From the NCBI GenBank assembly GCA_965649765.1, contig OZ287748.1, positions 34,720,001-34,784,000 on the forward strand: a stretch of DNA of 64,000 nt, in the 5' to 3' direction. Numbering within the stretch: the first letter of the stretch is position 1; the number at the start of each line of letters is the position of its first letter. Under the pieces are notes generated by a model. The model did not search any database and was not told where the DNA came from. It saw nothing but the letters and a program-made list of their open reading frames with translations. The translations under genes and the position numbers were made by a program. Of this stretch, positions 12,201 to 26,725 are shown piece after piece. This DNA is from Bispira polyomma. Its lineage: Eukaryota.

Positions 12201-14505
12201 GCTATCCATATGGATGATATATACTATAAATGAAAGAAGAACTACTTTTTTACTATATGAAGACCTATTTTGCCAAAACTACTTCCTTAATTCAAAATGG
12301 CGGCCCTCTGCGTAAATTCTGAAGTTTAGCCAGAATAGGCAATATGTAACATAATAGATCAATAGTATAGTGAAATAATATTGTAGATCTCAATCAAGGG
12401 TAACAAATGAAGTTAAAATGTCTTCACACAGTTTAATAAATGGTCAGTAGAAGCTATTTTGGGTAAAAAAAAAAAACATTTACAGAAAAACACACTTTTT
12501 AACTCTGCAGAAGACAAAATTATTGGCTTCAGCGAGAGTAGATAATAGAGATAATACCCTATTCTGTACATCGGTGACTGACTCAAAAATAAGTAAATGT
12601 TGCAAAAAAACTAAAGAAACACTTGAGACAGTCTGATTGATGTTACACTGATGTCACCACGACCTCTGCCCAATCCTGAAATAAACAGTGCTTTTTGATC
12701 ATGATTGCGAAAATAGGTAAACAAACTAAACCTCTCTTGTAACTTCAAGGCATGAATTGGGTGAAACTAAATGTAGAGAGCTTTGAAGTAAGTGCCTAAT
12801 TGAGTTAAGTGGTTTTCTCTGCGTATATTCTGGGATAATGGTGTTGAAATTCCCAGAAAAAAAACAACCGAATATATGTATTAAACATGATAGCCATAAT
12901 GTAAATATGTATATGGTTTAAATTACTAAAAGAGACAAACTAAAAAAACTAAAATAGTTATGAATCATTTTGTATAGAGGAAATTACAATAAAAAACAGC
13001 CTTGCAAAGGCTGAGCAAAAGAAGGTTGAAACAATGTACACATTATTGATCTGAATAGTTTATAATTTGAAGAAAACCTCGGCTAATTTTAATCTGTATC
13101 ATTCCTTTGGTTCTTAGGAATCTGCTCACAGCAGCAATATACATTAGGTTTGCTACAAATGGTACATAACAGCCCTGAATTGAGAAAAATAATTGGATTC
13201 ATTTAATGTTATCTGATAATAATCCAGTAAAACACTAGTTTTGGGTCGCCTTAGGTAATGCTCTTTCATTACGGAATGTACATTTTAAATCAACTTGTAC
13301 AAGCGTCAAAGAAAGAGTTTAAAAATTGACCCCAAGGTTATTACAGACAAAAAGTATTGAAAGTATATTCCAACATTATAAAAATTTAGATGCTCTACGT
13401 ATAATTTTTAGCAACCTTGTACATATGCGTTTTGCACAACTATCCAATACAACCCATCATGTCAATCGCCAGAAATGTTATAAGAATAAATATCAATCAC
13501 TTTAAATGATTCCCCCCATGTGGTTCTCCATACATTCATTTCATCACACTACTTTATTAGCCAATTAACCTTGATGACATGTGGTGTAGTAATTATGGGA
13601 ATTTACACCTAGTGATGTCATAACACTAAAATTTGCGGAGGAAAGGCCAACACTTATTTTTAACATTGAACTGTGTTAGATAAAAAAATACGGCTAATTT
13701 AAACTCTAAGCAATTTTTGGTCATTTTTCAAAAACCTTGCACATTTTTTTCTACATTTTTGTATGAATCACTAGTATCTGAAAAAAAGAAACAAAAATAT
13801 TAATGTTGTTTGTAAAAATCCCCAATATAGTTATCCTACTAGATACAAGCCTTCACACTATGTTTATAGCCTACATCAGGAAATAAACTGTCACAATTTG
13901 TCTTCTCCTGGATGAATGGCTTAGCTTTATCGCTTTAGGAAATAAGACCTTCTACTATAATATTAATTTCAACATGACACATTTTAGCTGAGCAATATTC
14001 TAGTGACACAGTGCTTTTTGGAACTTATTTGTTCATAAATTAATACATTCAGTAATTTTTATTATACTTGATTTTGCTTTTCAAATTCATAATATATGTA
14101 TAGTTAGTTTAGAACTTCAGTGTAGGCCCAAGGTATTGCACTGAGAATTGTCTTTCAATAAGCTTGCATTTATGTCAACCTTGGGTTGCATACGCCACAA
14201 GAATCTCATTGCTATACCTTAAAGCTGTGAAACCACCACACATCCATCGACGCTAATGCCACTCCAGACCGTATCACAAATGCCTTCATTGATATATTCC
14301 TCGGAATACTGGTATGGTCTAATGGTTGACAGCAGCACCTACAGATCCATACACATCTGTCACTGTTTTAGCACTAATATAATTATTCTCAAAATCAATC
14401 TCACTAAAATGTGGGTGCATACATTTTTAAAAATCTGACGTAATATTTGAATTCAACTGAAATTCCAAATAAAAATCTCTTCATATTCACTTTGACAACA
14501 GGGTT

Positions 14506-14657
14506 CTGGGGCTGTATTCATAACTAATAGTACAAAACAATTCTTATAATTTTCTTATTCTAAGCCAATCAAATTCTTTGAAATAATAATATTTTTGGCC
14601 AATCAAATTGGTTGAGTCAAAAGTTTAAGACTAAAATATTTGTGAATAACAGCCCAG
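14506..14657. mobile_element. MITE
   Basis: Imperfect TIRs CTGGGGCTGTATTCATAA / TTGTGAATAACAGCCCAG. Confidence 0.65.
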
Positions 14658-15477
14658 ATTAACAAGTGTGCATTTGATTTAGTAACATAGACATGGCACT
14701 GAAAAAATAGATTCGGACAAGAGTAAAATGGTGACTTCCTAAATCCTGACATTATTTAAAACAAACTAATGGTATGGTTATCCATTATAGCATTTAAGCC
14801 AAAGGCATTTAACTTTGAAGGGAACCTCAAGCTATCTCTTTACACATAATGCTACAGGAAATCAGTCAAGGTCAGTGAGATTTCCTGTACTTTTAGTGAC
14901 TATTTACAGGACAGCTAGAAAAGCCATAAGATGCATTTCGGATTGCTGCGCTGAATGGTAATGAGGTGGTAATTATGGTTTCTTTTATTTATACCTTCTT
15001 TTAAATGTCACCTACATTCTGCATAGAGGACAAGGTTTTAACTTTCAGCACTGATGTAGATCAATTAGTTTTTATCAGTTTAGGACAAAAAAAATACCAT
15101 AAACCTAATAATTCTCCTGCTAAAACTGACACAGTGTTTAAAGCCTTGGTGCAATTTATTACAATGAAAACAAATGACAACAGATAATTTTTACTATAAC
15201 TAACATTTTCTAGGTAAAGCAACATACTAACTTTAATATGTAAAACAAGACAGAATGTTAGGCTTGTATGAAATCAAAAGGCAGTCATGTTTCTAAATGA
15301 CATAGGGATTTATTTTTATAATTAGTAAAATAATTACAAACATTGTAGTGCATATATTGGTGTGTAAACCTTTCCTTTGTGGCTGGCACCAACAACCACG
15401 TATGGGCCTACTTTTACATTGAGATACTAGTGTAATAACGATGCAATGACTAAATAGCTCAAAGGTGGTAATCATAA

Positions 15478-15987
15478 AGGGGAGAATAAACATGTCCGAT
15501 TTTGCTTCCGAATCCGTCATCTGACGTCTGTTTCCGTCATCCGAATTGCTATATGTATATTTAAAAAAAAATCAACTCTCCAAACTGAGGTGACGTCGGC
15601 AAGGTGTATTCTACTTTTACTTCTTCTCTATTTCTTGATATTTTGATTTTTTGGATGACGGAAAGGAGTAAATGGCTCAAAGATGGCAATCATAAAGGGC
15701 AAATATACCTGGCCTATTTTGCATCCAAATCCGAAAACGTTTTCGCCATACGATGTCCGAATTTGCAGATACACTACATCCGAAAAACTGTCCATTTTTT
15801 CTAGTTTATTACATAAAAACATCACCAAACTCACAAAATAAATTAAATTACTTCATATTCTCGAACTTCATCCGAAAGTTTTGGTGTATTGTACTACTTT
15901 ATTTTCTTTGATTTTAATTTTTCGGATGACGTAAACTGACGTCGGAGATAGATGATGAAGGCCAAACCGGATAGGTATATTACCCCA
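15478..15987. mobile_element. Non-autonomous DNA transposon, Kolobok-like (TTAA-type target)
   Basis: Imperfect TIRs AGGGGAGAATAAACATGTCCGATTTTG / CAAACCGGATAGGTATATTACCCCA, flanked by ATAA and TTAA; internal CGTCATCCG/CGGATGACG repeats. Confidence 0.6.
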
Positions 15988-16559
15988 TTAACTGATCCCT
16001 GACAGCCATTAATTCATATAACATAGAAAGAATATCAGTCACATATCCAGCATAATAGAAGGTTTTGTAAGAGATTTGCAATCTACATTTATCTATCAGT
16101 GTTTCTCTAGTGGTCAGGCTTTGATCAGAAACATTGCAACCAATACCAGATAATTTTTTATGAATTTGAACACTATAGTAGTAGCTAATTGTAAAAGTAG
16201 TCTCCGTATGTTGGTAAAATCAAAATAGTAATCTATCAAAGGAATTTTTTTATCAGTGTATTATAGTATATTATAGAATTAAGGTGGTAGTCCCAGTTGG
16301 CTAGTAAGACCAGAGTCTTTTCTGTCTAGATAGATCAACTTTTTATTATAATCTCACCCGGTAAATACACAGCCAGCCAAGTATGGCTGATGAGAGAGTG
16401 AAAATATACATACGTTAATATAAAAAGATCATTTTGTTGCTGGATGTACAACTGATTTTATGTTACATATTTACACATCTATTAGATTATTCATTGACAT
16501 GAGAGAAATATTAGCTCCTATTATCAGTAATTTGCATATTTAAATTTACAATCCATTTA

Positions 16560-16865
16560 CCATGGTTATTCAAGAGATCTACATGTTTATCCTATTTGTG
16601 CATTTTGTCTTACTTTCAAAATTTGTAATAAATAGTTACTAGATTTATAAACATTTCTTTTGTTTATAAGTACTTTCCATTTAACTAAAACATCTTGTTT
16701 ATCTACCTCAAAATTTATTTTATCAAAGAACCCTCTTCGTATATTAGTATGCTGGGAACAGTCATATAGAAAGTGTTTTTCATCTTCCACTACTTTACAT
16801 AAACTACATAGTCTGTCTTGTGGTTTACACACCTATCCATATCTCATAATTTCAATATTCAAATG
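16560..16865 (-). pseudogene. 3' fragment of a non-LTR retrotransposon ORF (C-terminal CCHC zinc finger); duplicated at about 23440-23690
   Basis: RLCSLCKVVEDEKHFLYDC...IR motif. Confidence 0.75.
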
Positions 16866-17568
16866 GTAGTATACCTGTATGCAATTGTGCAATAACTGAC
16901 CTTTGAGATCTACTTAAATTAACATTATGTCTATGTGGCTGTTGTATGTCATTAAGGTGATTTTAGGGTCACACTCAATGATGTGAATGTAAGTCACCTA
17001 TAGCTCAAGGTTCTAGAAGCCAGTGAGAAATCATTCTGTTGCAAAGTGTCAATTTTAATATTCTACAAATAGAAACTTCATATACATAAAATGTTACATA
17101 AAATTATAAAAGTGGAATAATAATAATAAAATTGATATACTAAAAAACACTAATCAATCCAGATCAACTAATCTGCTGTCTCTTTACAATACCAGATTGT
17201 CTAATTATGGAACTAAAATAAACCCTAAATCCTTTAAGGTTTTTTTGTTATAGTCTGAAAACATTTACATATGTCCTAATTCCAATGCCTTTTGCTTATA
17301 AGCTGAATTATGGAACTTGGCAGAGATGTGGCGCCAAACCGGATTGACAGAGGACATGCCCTACAAGTAAGCATTATCAGCCCAAAGGCTGACTTGAAAA
17401 AGACATGCTATAAACTAATATAAAACTCATACAGTGGCCTCTTTAACAGCCCCTTTATATAGAAAAAAATATAAAAAAAATATATTATTTGATTCACTTA
17501 CTAGCTCTATTGTGTGTCAGACAGGTATTGCGAGTGGCTTTTATGAAAGGGTAATTTTCTGTTCTCTA

Positions 17569-17750
17569 TTAGCCCAGAAGTTAAAAGTGCCTGCTTAACA
17601 ATCACTGGCTTCTCATGAATGTGGGTGTTTGTGTGGTACTTGCTGTTGTTCGGTGGTCAGTGGTGCTTGAGCACTGTCACCATTAACTCTGGCCCTCATG
17701 ATATGACCTAATCTATTGAAAGCGACGTAAAAACCCAACTAAATAAAAAT
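17569..17750 (+). mobile_element. Old tRNA-derived SINE
   Basis: tRNA-like head, CAATCACTGGCTTCTCA, and tail GATATGACCTA...TTGAAAGCGACGTAAAAACCCAACTAAATAAA. Confidence 0.6.
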
Positions 17751-17989
17751 TATATTACTCAGAAGAAGACAAAACTATGATAAAGTATTTTTTTAGTAAA
17801 GCAAATATAAGTGTAAATGTGTAAATGTAAGGTAATATTAGATAAAATTATAATCATGTTATAAAATAGAAATTTGTATCTCCCCCCTTTAAGTATTTTA
17901 AACTCTGAACCCATATTGGGGACCTCAAAACCAGATTGCCTTTAAAAACATATATAAAGGGGCTGGAACTACGTTTCCAGTCAATAAAG

Positions 17990-18999
17990 TGAAAAAGCTG
18001 CTTCCAGAGGCTAATAGATATTGCGAGAGGTCTTCAAGATTTGGTTGACTACATGCAACTTCAATTAATGGCTATTCTAGACGTTGAAGGAAGGAAGGAA
18101 GAAGAAGTATTCGAGTGGCAGAGAATCCAGATGTTTAAGAGAAGTTAGGCAGAAGAGGTAGGTTCTTAGTCAGGCCTGGGTATTTTGTAGTGGGCAGGTC
18201 AAGCATCACCAAGTTTATGCCACAGGTTTGACAGGCCATCATAGACCTAGGTTATGGGTGAGGCTTAGGTATTTTGTAGTTGGCAGGTCAAGCATAATCA
18301 AGTTTATGCCACAGGTTTGCCAGGCCATAATAGATGAGTAGATTCTGTTTGCAGGAACACATGGAATTTCCCAAATTCTTTGGGGGCCATAGATGGGAAA
18401 CATATTGCTATTCCATGTCCAAGAAAAGGGGAAGTCAATATTTTAACTACAAGGGCTTCCACTCCATGGTGATGCTGGCCTTGGTGGATGCAGAGTGCAG
18501 GTCGACCTGGAATCTAGTGAGTCCTGCCCAGATTCTCAGATATTCAATAGGTCAGAACTAAAGGAAAAGATAGAAAATTATGCCTTTGCACTGAAGACCT
18601 AGCTCATGAAACCCATCTCCAAAGATGGGATGGACCAGAATGAGAGGATTTACAACTACAGGATTTCCCGGGGGGAGAATGGTGGTAGAAAATTCCTTTG
18701 GGATCCTAGTACAGAGGTTCACTGTTGTACTTTCTACCATGCAGCAAGAACCACCTGTTATAGCCACTGTAACCCTAGCTTGTGTCGTCCTACACAATAT
18801 GATGAGAACCACTAGCATAAACCAGGCAATTCAGCACCCAAATCCAAAAGAGGAGCCATCCATCCCACAGGAAGCCCTTACAGGAGATAACCAACATATC
18901 AATAGGAATCCTAGCAGAACAGCCAAGGAACAGAGAAAGATACTCATGGGTTACTTTGTGAACAAAGAGGCAGTACCTTGGCAGAATGACCGAGTATGA
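17990..18999 (+). pseudogene. PIF/Harbinger (DDE_Tnp_4) transposase remnant, copy 1
   Basis: Across frameshifts: GAIDGKHIAI, YFNYKGFHSMVMLALVDA, MKP...ERIYNYRISR, VVENSFGIL, ACVVLHN. Contains a ~70-bp internal tandem duplication at 18180-18335. Confidence 0.88.
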
Positions 19000-21900
19000 A
19001 CCCTACCCTGAGTCTACACCTGAGCAATTGGTCCTTGTGAGGACCAACTAAAAAGGGCCTTTTCAGGGCCACCCAAAACTTGCAAATACAATTACTGAGC
19101 TATTGTTGTTCGTTTAAAAATTAAAAGAAAACAAACCCCCAATGACACGAAGCACACTGCCCCACAAATAACTTACATACACACAAAAACTACTTGCTCC
19201 CTGCACACGAAAGGTAAGCCAACATTCTAAGTGAAAATACGCAAAAGTGCTGCCGACATGATCACGGTTCTTGTCCCCACATCATCTCTGGTAGCCCAAT
19301 CCTCGATAAAAATGCCACTCTATATGCATAATACTAGCACACAACTGTATACTTAAGTATTGTCACATTGTAATATTTTTTGCATTGGGCATATACCACC
19401 CACTTTATCTGTTGAATATGTCACCGGATCAAGCAGTTGTGATAAAAAAATCAAGGCTTCTACGGATGTTATCGTTGTAGAGACATTGCCAAGGCCAATG
19501 AGATCTATGGTTTTTGCTGAGTACAAGTAGGGAGACTGCCAAGCTATATTATACCCCTGTGTGTATTACCCTGAATTACGTTGACATAGCATTTATGAGG
19601 TGCTATGTAATGGCCCATTAGATTTTATGTCCTCACTTGATAGAGAACAATCCTCTGCCAATGTACATTTTTTGCACATATATTCCAACTGTAACATAAA
19701 GATACTCCACAGACAGGTTAAAATATTCACAGATTTCAAATATTTATCATGGTTAAAAGTGTCAGGAGTGCTGTATTTAAATAAAGTATTATCCATGGTG
19801 ATTTATGGTAAAGAGACCAATAAAAGATACAAAATACCACACTGAATGAAATAAATCACATAACAGTAAGATTTACTTTTTATTTTTGCGAGCAAGCAAC
19901 ATTGAAGCCAAGGATTAGGCCATTCTTTTGTACAGTTTACAGATGGGCTATTTCTGATTAGACTTAAATGCTTAAGGTGTTCATTTCAATTCTTGAAAGA
20001 ATGTCAGTTGTATTTATTGACCAATAATGCTGGCATTTCTCTCTTTATCTTCAACAACGTCTTATCTGATGATGGCTGTTTGATGATCTACAAACACTGC
20101 AATTCATGGTTAGTTTGGGATATGAATGTTTATGAGAGCTATAAAATTGATTGTGAAAAGGTAAATGTCTTGGACCCCATTAAACAGAGTGAGAAAGAAT
20201 TATGAGTTGGTATTTATATCAGCAAAAGTGGACATTCAGTTTATCTTAAAATTTTGAAGTCAAAACAAAGGAGGTTGTAGTTTTTCTGTCTTTTTCTGTA
20301 CAAGTACAAATAGGTCTGTGGTAAATAGGATTCTAAATATAGTATCAATTAAACAAAAAAGTACCCTTCCATGAAAGGAAAAGCTACCTTGAGGTGGTGT
20401 AGTTGTACAAATAAACGTCAGTTATAAATAGAAGAAGGGGTTTGATTTCAGGCTTGAACAATAATAATTCATTACCCTACTTGCAGTAAATGAGTTTCAT
20501 GTTTAGCTTACACCATGTCTATAGGCACAATAAAATCATTGTTATATTATTACTTTTTGTCCTGTGGCATTTCTTTTCTGAGTGTATTCAAGCTAATGTT
20601 GTTAAATAAATCGCCATGTTATTACAATAGGGGATATTCTTCCCAAGTTTTTCTTTTGCTTCTTTTGTCAATCTCATTTCTTGTGGAAAGAAAAAGGATT
20701 TTACTGGAAGTGGTAGTATTATCACTGTTGTGCCTTGGCATGGGTTTACACTTTACAGAGTGTTCATATACTTGCTAGGATATATATCCAGTTAAAACAT
20801 TATCAACGCTAACATAACCTAGACAGTGCCTCTCTTGTGACCTTGGCCTTAAATTTGACGTTTTGAATGCACAAGCAAAGACTCTCAGGATTGGGATATT
20901 AGTTATATTCTATGTTATTTTGTACTATCTATATACAAACTAACTAAAATATAAAACATAAGGGCCACCTTAACTTTACTAATCTATTATAATGTAAGCT
21001 GCCTCAAGATAAGGTGGCCCTAATTTAAAGGTGGTTTGAGTTCAAGTTCAGCTTATATTTATGAGCTTTTGTTGATGCCTTACCTGCTGGTGGTCTAAAT
21101 CTAGATTATAACTCTTCTTTTCTTTTGACACGTCTTCGTCCGTCATTCGTCTGGTGTCTTAGTGCAAACCCTAAAAGTAGATGAAGTAACTGACTAGGCT
21201 GTAATTGACAAATTTTACGCTGGGAGTTACACAGATTTTCGTCAAGTGTATCATAAAAGTATACATGGTAAAGTACAAGTAATAAAAAGTCAGGACCTTC
21301 TTTCTCCAAAGAAACTGAAAGTCAAATCAAGGCTGTATGAAAGTCCTTGTACATGGAATAAAAAAATGTTTTTTAACCACCTGTTTAGCACTAGATTCAA
21401 ATATGCAGTTAGTGCAAGGTAACACCCTCGGAGTTAGCCTGATAAACCCTGATCAACCTGATTTCGTAAGGAAACTCATGTTCACGCATTGTCCTAGACC
21501 AAGTTTTCTGTTCTCGCTTATGCTGTGATTAACTGACGGTATGCATGGTGAGAAACATGAGCTGTTACCATAAGCGAAAGTTAACAAATCTGATACCGCA
21601 CCTATAACAAAAAAAATCATCTTTCCATTAGTCTGTTGTTGTCTATTGCTTAGTACAATAGCCGTACAAAATATTAAAACTTATGGCCAACATTAAAGTA
21701 CTTGATTAATTAAATATCACTGTTTGAAAACATTTAAGGATTTTCCCGTAGAGAACACAATAAACTGCTATGTGAGATTTGTTGAGTTTTGCTTATGGGA
21801 ACTGCTCTGCCGCTAACAGCCACATCAGTAAAAACACGGCTGTTTTGGCGGCATATAACTTGGTCTTACATTGACCTACAAATACACTGGACTTGGAAAA

Positions 21901-22022
21901 AAATACACTTGAAAATCATGATTTTGTTTACTGGTCTCTAAATGGTCTTGAGAGTGAGTTTCTCAAGGTATAAACACACAAAGCCACATTTGGAGATGGA
22001 TCGCCGATGGTTGTTCCTCATG

Positions 22023-22497
22023 GACACTGTAGGGGGGACACACTAGGACGTATCCAGATTTATCGATCGCATCAGGATTTTCTTTAAACAGATTTAGTTT
22101 CTAAATAGACGACAGATATTTTCAGTGGATTGCCATGATTAATGTACATCTATTATTTTAAAGGCAAATTTACAAGATCTAGATAACATCTTCATCACAC
22201 ATAATTCAGCCGAATCATTTATGTCAGTATAGCTGCAAAGAGAAAAAATCCTATATTGGATTTAAATCCTAATCTACCAGTAAATTCGGGTACAGTTGAT
22301 CCGGATCCCCGATCTGGTTGTTTATAAGTTGACACTGTAGGGGACACACTAGGACAAATCCGGATCTATGGATCAAGATAACATCTTCAGTACACCTGAT
22401 TCAGCTGAATCATTTGTGTCAGTATAGCTGCAAAGACGATCATTCTATATATATGGGATTTTAATTCCATTCCACTAGTAAATTCAGATACAGCTGT
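22023..22497 (+). repeat. Two-copy imperfect direct repeat inside a block absent from duplication copy 2
   Basis: GACACTGTAGGGG...ACACACTAGGAC and AGATAACATCTTCA...GTCAGTATAGCTGCAAAGA each occur twice. Confidence 0.75.
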
Positions 22498-25059
22498 GTG
22501 GTCATGTTTAAGCCAAGTATATACCATCATATTACATCATATCTTTAATTAACCTATATCTATACCCACGTCAATTGAATTATTCAGAAAAAAAAAGCTT
22601 ATTATAACTTAGAAGTCACGTGGGTTATGTGTTTTCCCTATGATTGTATATATTTTGTGATGTGAGTAAAAAAATTGCTTTGCCTAGATGTTAGCAGGGC
22701 GACCTGGCATTGATTGGTATTATTCTAACAATGTTGTGCTATATGCATGGCACGTTATGTCATTATCGCTTGTCACTTATAATTGTACTATGCATAGCCA
22801 CTTAACTGTCAAAAGTAATCTTTTATCTTATTAGTAATTTTAATGGGATCCAGGCTTACCGACCATGAATTAAAATGTTACGTGTATGATTTAAACCCTC
22901 TAAGACACTGATTACGTTTGAGTGTTATAACATATGTAGTCCCTTGGGCTTTTTATGTAGGTGATATAGTATTATTATTATCATGTTATTTAGTTTTTAT
23001 TCACCTGTTGTATGTTATGATTGCATATTAATCTCTAGATATATAATAATAATAATAAATTAGATGCTTCACATCCCCGTCTCTTTTACTGACTTACTGA
23101 TCTTGACCTATAGGGACAACGCTGTGCGTGTTTAGACCATTGGTCACATTAAAATGGTGATAATCTGTATTTCACACCAACCAAACACACGCATATGAAG
23201 GTTATATCAATTTACATCCATTATTTTTTGTGTTATTATGCAGCAGACAAAGGGATACAAACAATGCAAAATTAACAATAAGGTGATTTTTATTTGCAAA
23301 ATGTGATTAGTACAATTTTATGTTACATATTTACACATCAATTAGATTATTTAATAACTTGAGAGAGATATTAACTTCTATTAGCAGTAATTTGCATGTT
23401 TAAATTTACAAACAAATTACCATAGTTATTCAAGAGACTTTACATGTTTATCCTATTTGTGCATTTTGTCTTACTTTTAAAATTTGTAATAAGTGGTTAC
23501 TAAATTTATAAGCATTTTTTTCGTTCATAAGTACTTTCCATTCAACCAAAACATCTTGTCCATCTACCTTAAAATATATTTATCAAAGAAACCTGTTTGT
23601 ATATCAATATGCTCTGAACAGTCAAATACAAAGTGTTTTTCATCTTCCACTACTTTACATAAGCTACATAGTCTATCTTCAGGTTTACAGTCACCTATAG
23701 AAGTATCAATTTTATTATTCTACGAATAGAAACTTCATATACAAAAATGTAACAACTAACAACTGGGATCAACTAATCTACTAAATCTTTACAACACCGG
23801 ACTAGCTAATTATGAAACTCGAATGAACCTCTTAAGCTTTAAGGGTTTTTTGTCATGAGGGTTAAAATTTAAACACAAAGACATGCCCTACAAATAAGCA
23901 TTATTAGCCCAAAGGCTGCCTTTAAAAAAAAGATATACTGAACACTGTAACATAATATCAAACTCATACAGTTACCTTGTTAACAGCGCTTTTTTACCCA
24001 TCAAGTTGGCGGATGAAATATATAGAAATGTAGCCTAGTATATAAGAATAGTTATCTTAAAAACCCAAGTAAAATAAAAATTATATTGTGATGCTGCTTT
24101 TACTACAACAGTCAAAGAAGGCAAATTCTAGTTATTTTGTAGAGTTAACAGAAAATGTTTATACTATAATAATAACATATATAGATAGATTTAAGCCTCT
24201 GCTAAAATTTTAAAAAAGTTCATTAATTTTTTTTTTTACATTTGAAATCACATCTCCTTGATTCTCAATGATTTAATGTTTTGAAAAAAGGAATAGCTTT
24301 CCAGTGAGATTATTTCAACTGATGGCAGTGCTAATGAATGTGACAAGACACGACTATCTTTATGCGGGTTCTTGTGTTCCTTTAATAGGCCACTTTAGTG
24401 CACTGACTTTCCTGATTGCTGAATACATTGCCTCATAACACTTAAAAGAAGACAAAACTATAAAAAGGTATTTATTTATTAAAGCAAATATGTGTAAATA
24501 TGAGGTATTATTAGATAAAATTTGAATCGTGCTATAAAATATAAATTTGATTCCCACTCCCTTGTAATTTCCACAGTGTTGCAAGTACTTTGAACTCTGA
24601 ACCCTTATTAGGGATTTGCTGATTCTCTATTTCCGTGATAAGGTTGTGTCTCAACTTTTTATGCATGGCAAGCGTAGTACTACCATTAAAATTACGAATG
24701 GAAGTGGGCGGAACTTATGTACATGAGATGTAATATTGGCTTCTGTACAATTTTCATAAAGGTTCACAAGACCCGAATGATTTTATATATTGCGATAAAT
24801 CGGCCAGATTGGTCGCCAGAACCAAAAATCCATGACCTAACCTCTCCGACTGACCAAGTTAAGTTCTTCCAGCCTTTATCGACCCCAAAAATAAGTTGTA
24901 ACCACACCACAACCTATTTTTCGTACTAAACTTCCCAATTGTCCTTGACCAAGTCCTGGTCATCAACACTCAGGAATCTCGAAACCTCCAGATTTTCCTC
25001 AAACATATATAAAAGGGCTGGAACCATTTATTCAGTCAGTTTTTATTATTCAGTCAAGT

Positions 25060-25716
25060 TAAAAAGATGCTTCCACAGAGTCTAATAGATATTGCCAGAG
25101 GTCTTCAAGGTTTAGTTGCCTACATGCATACATAGATGAGTTGAGTCTGTTTTCAGGAACACATGGAATGTACCAAATGCCCTGGGGGCCATAGATGGGA
25201 AACATTGCCATTCAATGTCTAAGAAAAGGGACAGTCAATATTTAAACTACAAGGACTTCCACTCCATAGTAAAGCTGGCCTTGGTGAGTGCAAAGTAAAG
25301 ATTCCTGTGGGTCGACCTTGGATCTAGTGGGTCATGCTCAGATTACCAGATATGTATTAGGTCAGAACTAAAGGAGAAGATAGAAAATCAGTCTATCAAT
25401 TTCCCCCTGCTGAAGCCATAAGCCCTTTTAGACCTCCGTCCCCTACTTTATCCTTGAAGATGATGCCTTTGCACTGAAGACCTGGCTTATGAAACCCTTC
25501 TCCAGAGATGGGATGGACCAGAATGAGAGAATTTACAACTACCGGATTTCCCAAGGGAGAAGAGTGGTAGAGAATTCCTTTGGGATCTTAGTACTGAGGG
25601 GCAGGGTTCTTCTCTCTACCATGCAGCAAGAACCACCTGTGGTAGCCACTGTAACCCTAATCTGTGTCGTCCTACACAATAAGATGAAAACCACTTCTAT
25701 AAACGAAGCAATAGAG
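25060..25716 (+). pseudogene. PIF/Harbinger transposase remnant, copy 2, interrupted by E1
   Basis: WNVPNALGAIDG, DDAFALKTWLMKPF, ERIYNYRISQGRRVVENSFGIL; homologous to 17990-18837. Confidence 0.88.
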
Positions 25717-25963
25717 CAAGTCTTAAGTTAAGGTCACCCCATTTAATTTAAGTTAACCTTAACTATAAATAAGATGGGGGACTTAAGGTCACCTTAAGTA
25801 AAGGTTCTTTTACTTTAAGTTTAAACTTAAACAAAGGTTAACTTAAATATTTTAGTTTAAGGTTACCTTAATGTAACCCATTCAAGTTTAAAGTTTACAA
25901 TTAACTTTAAGTATGCAATATATATTAATAACTGTAGTTGAAATATATATATTAAATTGCCCA
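25717..25963 (-). repeat. E1 repeat B2 (3' end truncated)
   Basis: Direct repeat of 26891-27137. Confidence 0.95.
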
Positions 25964-26513
25964 TTAAAAGCACTAATAAACATAAAAGAATTATGATAAT
26001 AATCAGACAACAAGATAATAAAAGAGACTTATTAAAACAACTTAAAAGAGAGCAGAGACGAAAACGTCATGTAAAGATTTGTCAAATACATAGTACAAGC
26101 AGTGTTACTGGGATACGTTACATATATACTAAAATCATTAAAATATTTGTTACTTGAGTAGATAACTTCAATGCCCCGAGACCCGGAACTGTGTCTCCCC
26201 TTAACTCTTAACATGAAATAGCTCACTCAACCTTGAGGCGTGTCTTTGTACAGGTCAACAAATAATGTCCATTACTTGTAATTGTTCATTTAGTATTGCT
26301 TATATGTAAACTCCAGGTTTTAACACTGCAAACTCCATGAGTGCGACGTACGCCCCTTGGGTCGTTGTTAAATGGCATCAGTCTCTCTCTTTTGTCTCTC
26401 TACGTCAGATTCCCTCAAAATATACACAAAGTTTTACAATTTGAGATACATGCAACATTGCAATATACACATACATATTATTTAACTTAACATTACAGGG
26501 TGAGGAGGGTGGG

Positions 26514-26725
26514 CTTTGAAGGACTGCTCCCAGCAAACACTTATTGACAACTGAGGTTGGGGCGCTCCACTGCTGGTTTTCCCGCCCATACTTCTTGACA
26601 CTTAAACAGTGAGTGGGGGAGTCCATTATCAAGCCTAGGGAAAGAAGTGGGGGGTTTAGGTTTAAGTGGATTTAAATGTGGCAGCCACTTCTGACTGACA
26701 TCAAGTGCTGGCGCCCCTTGTACAC
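26514..26725 (-). repeat. E1 repeat A2
   Basis: Direct repeat of 32025-32236. Confidence 0.95.

Larger units (their letters stand above)
16455..23314 (+). repeat. Tandem segmental duplication, copy 1 (~6.9 kb)
   Basis: Colinear homology with 23315-47635: starts ATTTTATGTTACATATTTACACATC (also at 23315) and ends ...AAAATGTGATTAGTA (also at about 47633). Confidence 0.9.

Noticed and set aside
25964-26513. Possible extra ORF (e.g. hydrolase) in the E1 A2-B2 spacer
   Set aside because: Only short ORFs with no recognisable motif.
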